NCBI RefSeq assembly: GCF_003918875.1
Contig: NW_025767096.1
Span: forward strand, 372,001 to 436,000
DNA length: 64,000 nt
From: Haliotis rubra
Lineage: Eukaryota
Reading direction: 5' to 3'
Shown here: in pieces, positions 60,301 through 64,000 of the stretch
Layout of the letters: each line of letters begins with the position of its first letter
Numbering within the stretch: position 1 is the stretch's first letter
Notes under the pieces: model-generated
What the model was told of the DNA's origin: nothing
Databases searched by the model: none
The model's input: the letters and a program-made list of their open reading frames with translations, nothing else
Position numbers and translations under genes: made by a program

Positions 60301-62783
60301 ATTTTAATCAATTTCCTTTTTGTAAATTTATATTGAAACTCTAGGAGTTTTGTGTCTTTGTTAGATTGTCTATATTGTAAAAATATAGTTTTCCAATTTA
60401 AATGATCACTCAATTCGCAGTCCCATTTCTGACAGACTTTGGGAAAATTATCATAAAATAATCTTGAGCCTTTACTGGTGTTGCTCAAATGATTCCAAGG
60501 GGAACATATTGACAATTTTGATTTATTTGGATGTTTTGTCGTTCGTATAACCTCTTTCCATTTTGGGGGAATACTGAGAAGAACACGATTTAGGTCAAGT
60601 ATCGTACCCCTAATATCAAATTTTGCTTTAAGTTCTGAAAATGTAAGGAAATCATGGTTATTACAAATATCCTTAATGTGTATTATTCCTTTTTTTGAAC
60701 CTGTTCAATATACAAATCAAATTAGGGTGGTTACAGAGGTGATTTTAACCAAATGTGTTGCATAAGAATTTAATTTATATCTTTGTTCCATTCATAGTCC
60801 TTAATATATTTATTCCATGCATCGAGTGCGTCTTTCCAAAACGGGTTTTCGATTTTGTATTGTTTACTAATATTTAGCCTTATGGAAGAATGTCTTTTAA
60901 AGGGAAACCAGCTAAACTATAGCACTTAGAATTTGACACGTATCTTTTTAAACATGCAATGTTTAGTGAATCAATAAAAGTTTTGATGTCAACCATTCTC
61001 AGACCACCATTTTCATATTGTCGCATTAAATTAATTCGCTTTATCTTGTCTTTCTTATCGTTCCATATGAATTTAAAAAATAAATTATTCAATTTTGTTA
61101 TGACATCTTTAAGAGGATTGGGAGAGATGTAAGAACATGAACTATAGTTGATAAAGCTAAACTTTTAATAACGGTTATTTTTCCAATCAGGGTTAAGTTT
61201 CGTTTTTTCAAGTTCAAAATAATTTTCAAGTCTCTTCTTTGTATTGACCACCCACAAATTTTCTAAATTTTCTTTATTCCCAAAACATCAAACCTGTGAC
61301 AATGCCAGTCCAGCTTGAAATCATGGGATAAAGTTATTTTACAACCAGCCATTGCACCAATCCAAACTGCTTTTGTTTTGTCAATGTTTATCTTCAGACC
61401 AGACATATTGTAGAAAGTGATAAGTGTGTTCATTGCTTCATTAAGAGAGGCTTCCGAACCGCCTAAGGACGGAATAAAAGAAGTTGTATATCCATAATAA
61501 TTGTCATTATTTTCATCAACTCAACTTCTAAAATGCCCATCAAAGAAGTCGTCTAAGAACAGTTCAGTATCGTCAGCATATTGGCCAATGATATGTTCAT
61601 TTTCATTTAACAATATACCCTTAATTTTCTTGTTGTCTCTTATCATTAGACCGCCTCCGTGGTGTTGTGCATCCGTCCGGAGAGCGGAAGGTCGAGGGTT
61701 CGATCCCCAACCGCGTCATACCAAAAGACGTTAAAATATGGTACTTGTTGGTTCCTGCCTGGCGTTTAGCATTAATGGGTACAACAAGGACTGGTCGGCT
61801 CGGAGTCAGTATAATGTGTCTGAGTGGGGTATTCATGCTTCACTGCGGCATGGTATCTCAGTGGGCTAACACTATAAAACCAGCTTAAGTCTGGGCTAGT
61901 ACAAGCAGCCGCACATACACATACACACGCATGAACGTCGTCATATGAGTGAAATATTCTCAAGCACGACGTTAAACCCAATTTCACCTCAACTCACCTC
62001 ATCAGCATCACACACATTGAGCGTAATTCATGTGCACGCCTTAGCGCAGCACACTGAATCGTGAGAAAATCACATGTCACAACATACGTGTAGGTCGTGC
62101 TTTCTGATAACTACAAGAGATCAGAAACGTGATTCGTACATCAAAGGAGAACAAATAGGTTACCTACGTGTTGTGAATCCACATCAAACACAAATAATAT
62201 CAAATTATCTGAGATTTGTTTGTTGTTCAACTCAACAATATTTCTGCTGTATGTCGGTAAATGATTGCGTTGTGGTCTGACCATCCACTGACCCGTATCA
62301 TGAGTGTCGGTCTACGCAGTTGGGATACGTTGAGAGGCTTTAACAATGTCAGCGACCTCGAATGGATGTATAAGTGCAACGCTTTTGTCTGTAAACAAAA
62401 TATACTGCAAAAATGATATGAAAAAATATATTATAAACATAAAGGAACGAACCTTTCCCTCTTGATATGAAGTCGTTCTGTAAGGTATATGGTCTGTCTG
62501 AGAAGACGTCAGCGTTCTTGACAAGTGCATCTTTGAGAACGGTGAAGCCGTTGAGGACGATAACAGGCTTGTTGAAGAGATACACACTGAATATGTCACC
62601 ATACCTACTGCGAAGATTCCTAAAGGTGAGTTTTGGATCTGAGCCCATGGACAGGGCGTTCCCCACAAACGGGAGGAGAGGTGGGCCTGGGGGTAGTCCA
62701 GGGTGGCGCCGTGTCAACAGCCACAACGCAGCCACTACAACAACAAGCCCCAAGAAAGGCGTAGCGCTGAATACATCCAACAT
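54321..62783 (-). CDS. Cytochrome P450, CYP2 clan, copy B (near-identical paralog, same +1 frameshift)
   Basis: Exons 62783-62453, 59519-58994, 58500-58060, 54499-54321. Same motifs as copy A, T6 run at 59155-59160. The last intron is expanded by a ~3-kb R4-clade retrotransposon. Confidence 0.92.
54887..57875 (-). mobile_element. 5'-truncated R4/Dong-clade non-LTR retrotransposon (RT + CCHC + restriction-like endonuclease), frameshifted
   Basis: [62 protein letters not shown]...[15 protein letters not shown]...IIEFSVPFD...KYADL. Absent from the paralogous intron of CYP copy A (47290). Confidence 0.9.
59746..59905 (+). mobile_element. SINE family B, present only in CYP copy B intron 1
   Basis: TSD tcgtaagatga; empty site near 49331 in copy A. 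Confidence 0.92.
59917..61647 (-). mobile_element. Decayed L1/Tx1-clade LINE (duplicate in CYP copy B intron 1)
   Basis: Same sequence as the copy A remnant. Confidence 0.85.
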
Positions 62784-62834
62784 CACTCCTCTGTAACTGA
62801 CCTCCACAGAATTCACTGTCAATAGTGTGCAATA

Positions 62835-63285
62835 ACTAATATTATTATACAGGTAGTATTTTTCCTGTACCACGATTGGTCAAAAGACCGTCACATGATT
62901 GACTACAAAGCACGATATTGACTTGAGTTTTCTGATAAATTACGATATTGACTTGGGTTACTAAAAATAGACAAGGAATCCCGTACGAAGGGGCTTCCCC
63001 CGCTTTTCAGCCAATCAGATCACTCGGATAGATGGCACAGTGTGTGCATTAAAAGTTTGTGTTAAAACCCGTTTCTCTTTCATTATATAATAAAACAATT
63101 ATAGACTCTTGTAGAGGTCGATATCGGTTTTTATTGACCTGAGGAAAACAATATCGACCGAGCAATCTCGGTCGATATTGTTTTACTCAGGTCAATAAAA
63201 ACCGATATCGACAAGCTCGGTCGATATTGTTTTTCTCAGGTCAATAAAAACCGATATCGACCTCTACAAGAGTCTATAATTGTAT
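62835..63285. mobile_element. Palindromic insertion upstream of the CYP copy B ATG (Crypton-like non-autonomous element?)
   Basis: Absent from copy A. ~65-bp inverted arms at 63095-63161 and 63215-63282 with a partial third arm. Confidence 0.65.
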
Positions 63286-64000
63286 AACAACAAACGCAAC
63301 AAATCCCTGTCCCAAACTATATGAGTCTAGCTGTACATTACAGAGGTGACGCGACCGGTCAAGGAATGGAAGGGTGTCCATGTAACACGACCTGTAGTTG
63401 TATGGATGTGGCCAGGTCAAATCGCCGTGTCACTGTACAGCCCCTGATCCAGGCTGCCGCGGTCCAGGGTCATTGACTGTTCATAGCTATTTTTAAACTT
63501 GAAGTGTTAATCTCTGAGTGTGGAGAGACCACGGATACAGTCGTTTGTAATCTAACTGGCATAACATCCAGTCTATTATTAGGCAGAACACGTACAGCAT
63601 GAATTCATCTGAGGGGACTGTAGATCACCTAACTCTAAACGAATTTGAATTTTCAAAAGAATACCGATGGCAATTAATTCACAAAGGCTGGCATGCAACA
63701 GTGTAATAACATGGTCCAAAATCCAGCTGGAGTATATCGCAAGATTCGCCTGCATAGAATGTTTTTCTTAATCATGTATCATATCTAACAGGCAAGTAAA
63801 CTGAAAAACATGATTTTGCAAATATCAATGTTTCCAGTTACATTAGTCAATTCTTTGAAAGAGTCCGTAATATTCGTAGAATGTTTAAATGTCCAAGTGC
63901 TGAAGTTGGCGGCGGGGTATCCTAGTGGTTAAATCGTCCACTCGAAGACCCGTGTTCGATTCCCCAAATGGGTACAACGTGTGAAGCCCATTTCTGGTGT

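Larger units (their letters stand above)
46389..64000. repeat. Tandem segmental duplication of the CYP locus (A ~46389-53040; B 53992 to window end)
   Basis: Collinear 3'UTR, exons, introns, LINE/SINE remnants and upstream region. Both copies share the left breakpoint aatgttcagggacac. Confidence 0.95.

Overview
Eukaryotic, AT-rich, repeat-dense invertebrate DNA. The SINE content suggests a mollusc, possibly an abalone-like gastropod, but this is inference. Five spliced protein genes were reconstructed by hand from GT-AG junctions: (1) parkin/PRKN (minus, 11 coding exons, 4935-13745, two 1-nt indels); (2) ISCU (plus, 5 exons, 14488-22299), head-to-head with parkin; (3) RPL13A (plus, 7 coding exons, 33444-44917, 203 aa); (4, 5) two tandemly duplicated CYP2-clan P450 genes (minus, 46727-52173 and 54321-62783) sharing one +1 homopolymer frameshift. 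The most striking element is RPL13A as a snoRNA host. Its introns carry about 13 box C/D snoRNA copies. Coding intron 4 holds a tandem array of SNORD33-like genes (five identical 75-nt copies in diverged spacers, with a predicted second guide against 28S) and three SNORD34-like genes. Coding intron 1 holds an 11 x ~160-bp structured satellite containing TTAGGG repeats. The rest is mobile DNA: three SINE families, an R4/Dong RLE retrotransposon, L1/Tx1 and I-clade remnants, a Penelope remnant with a minimal hammerhead-like motif, Harbinger, Tc1, Kolobok-like and pogo-like elements, and MITEs. Several minisatellites are built from parkin's own splice sites. snoRNA and TE family names come from recalled consensus motifs, not database searches. 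No CRISPR or prokaryotic features were found.
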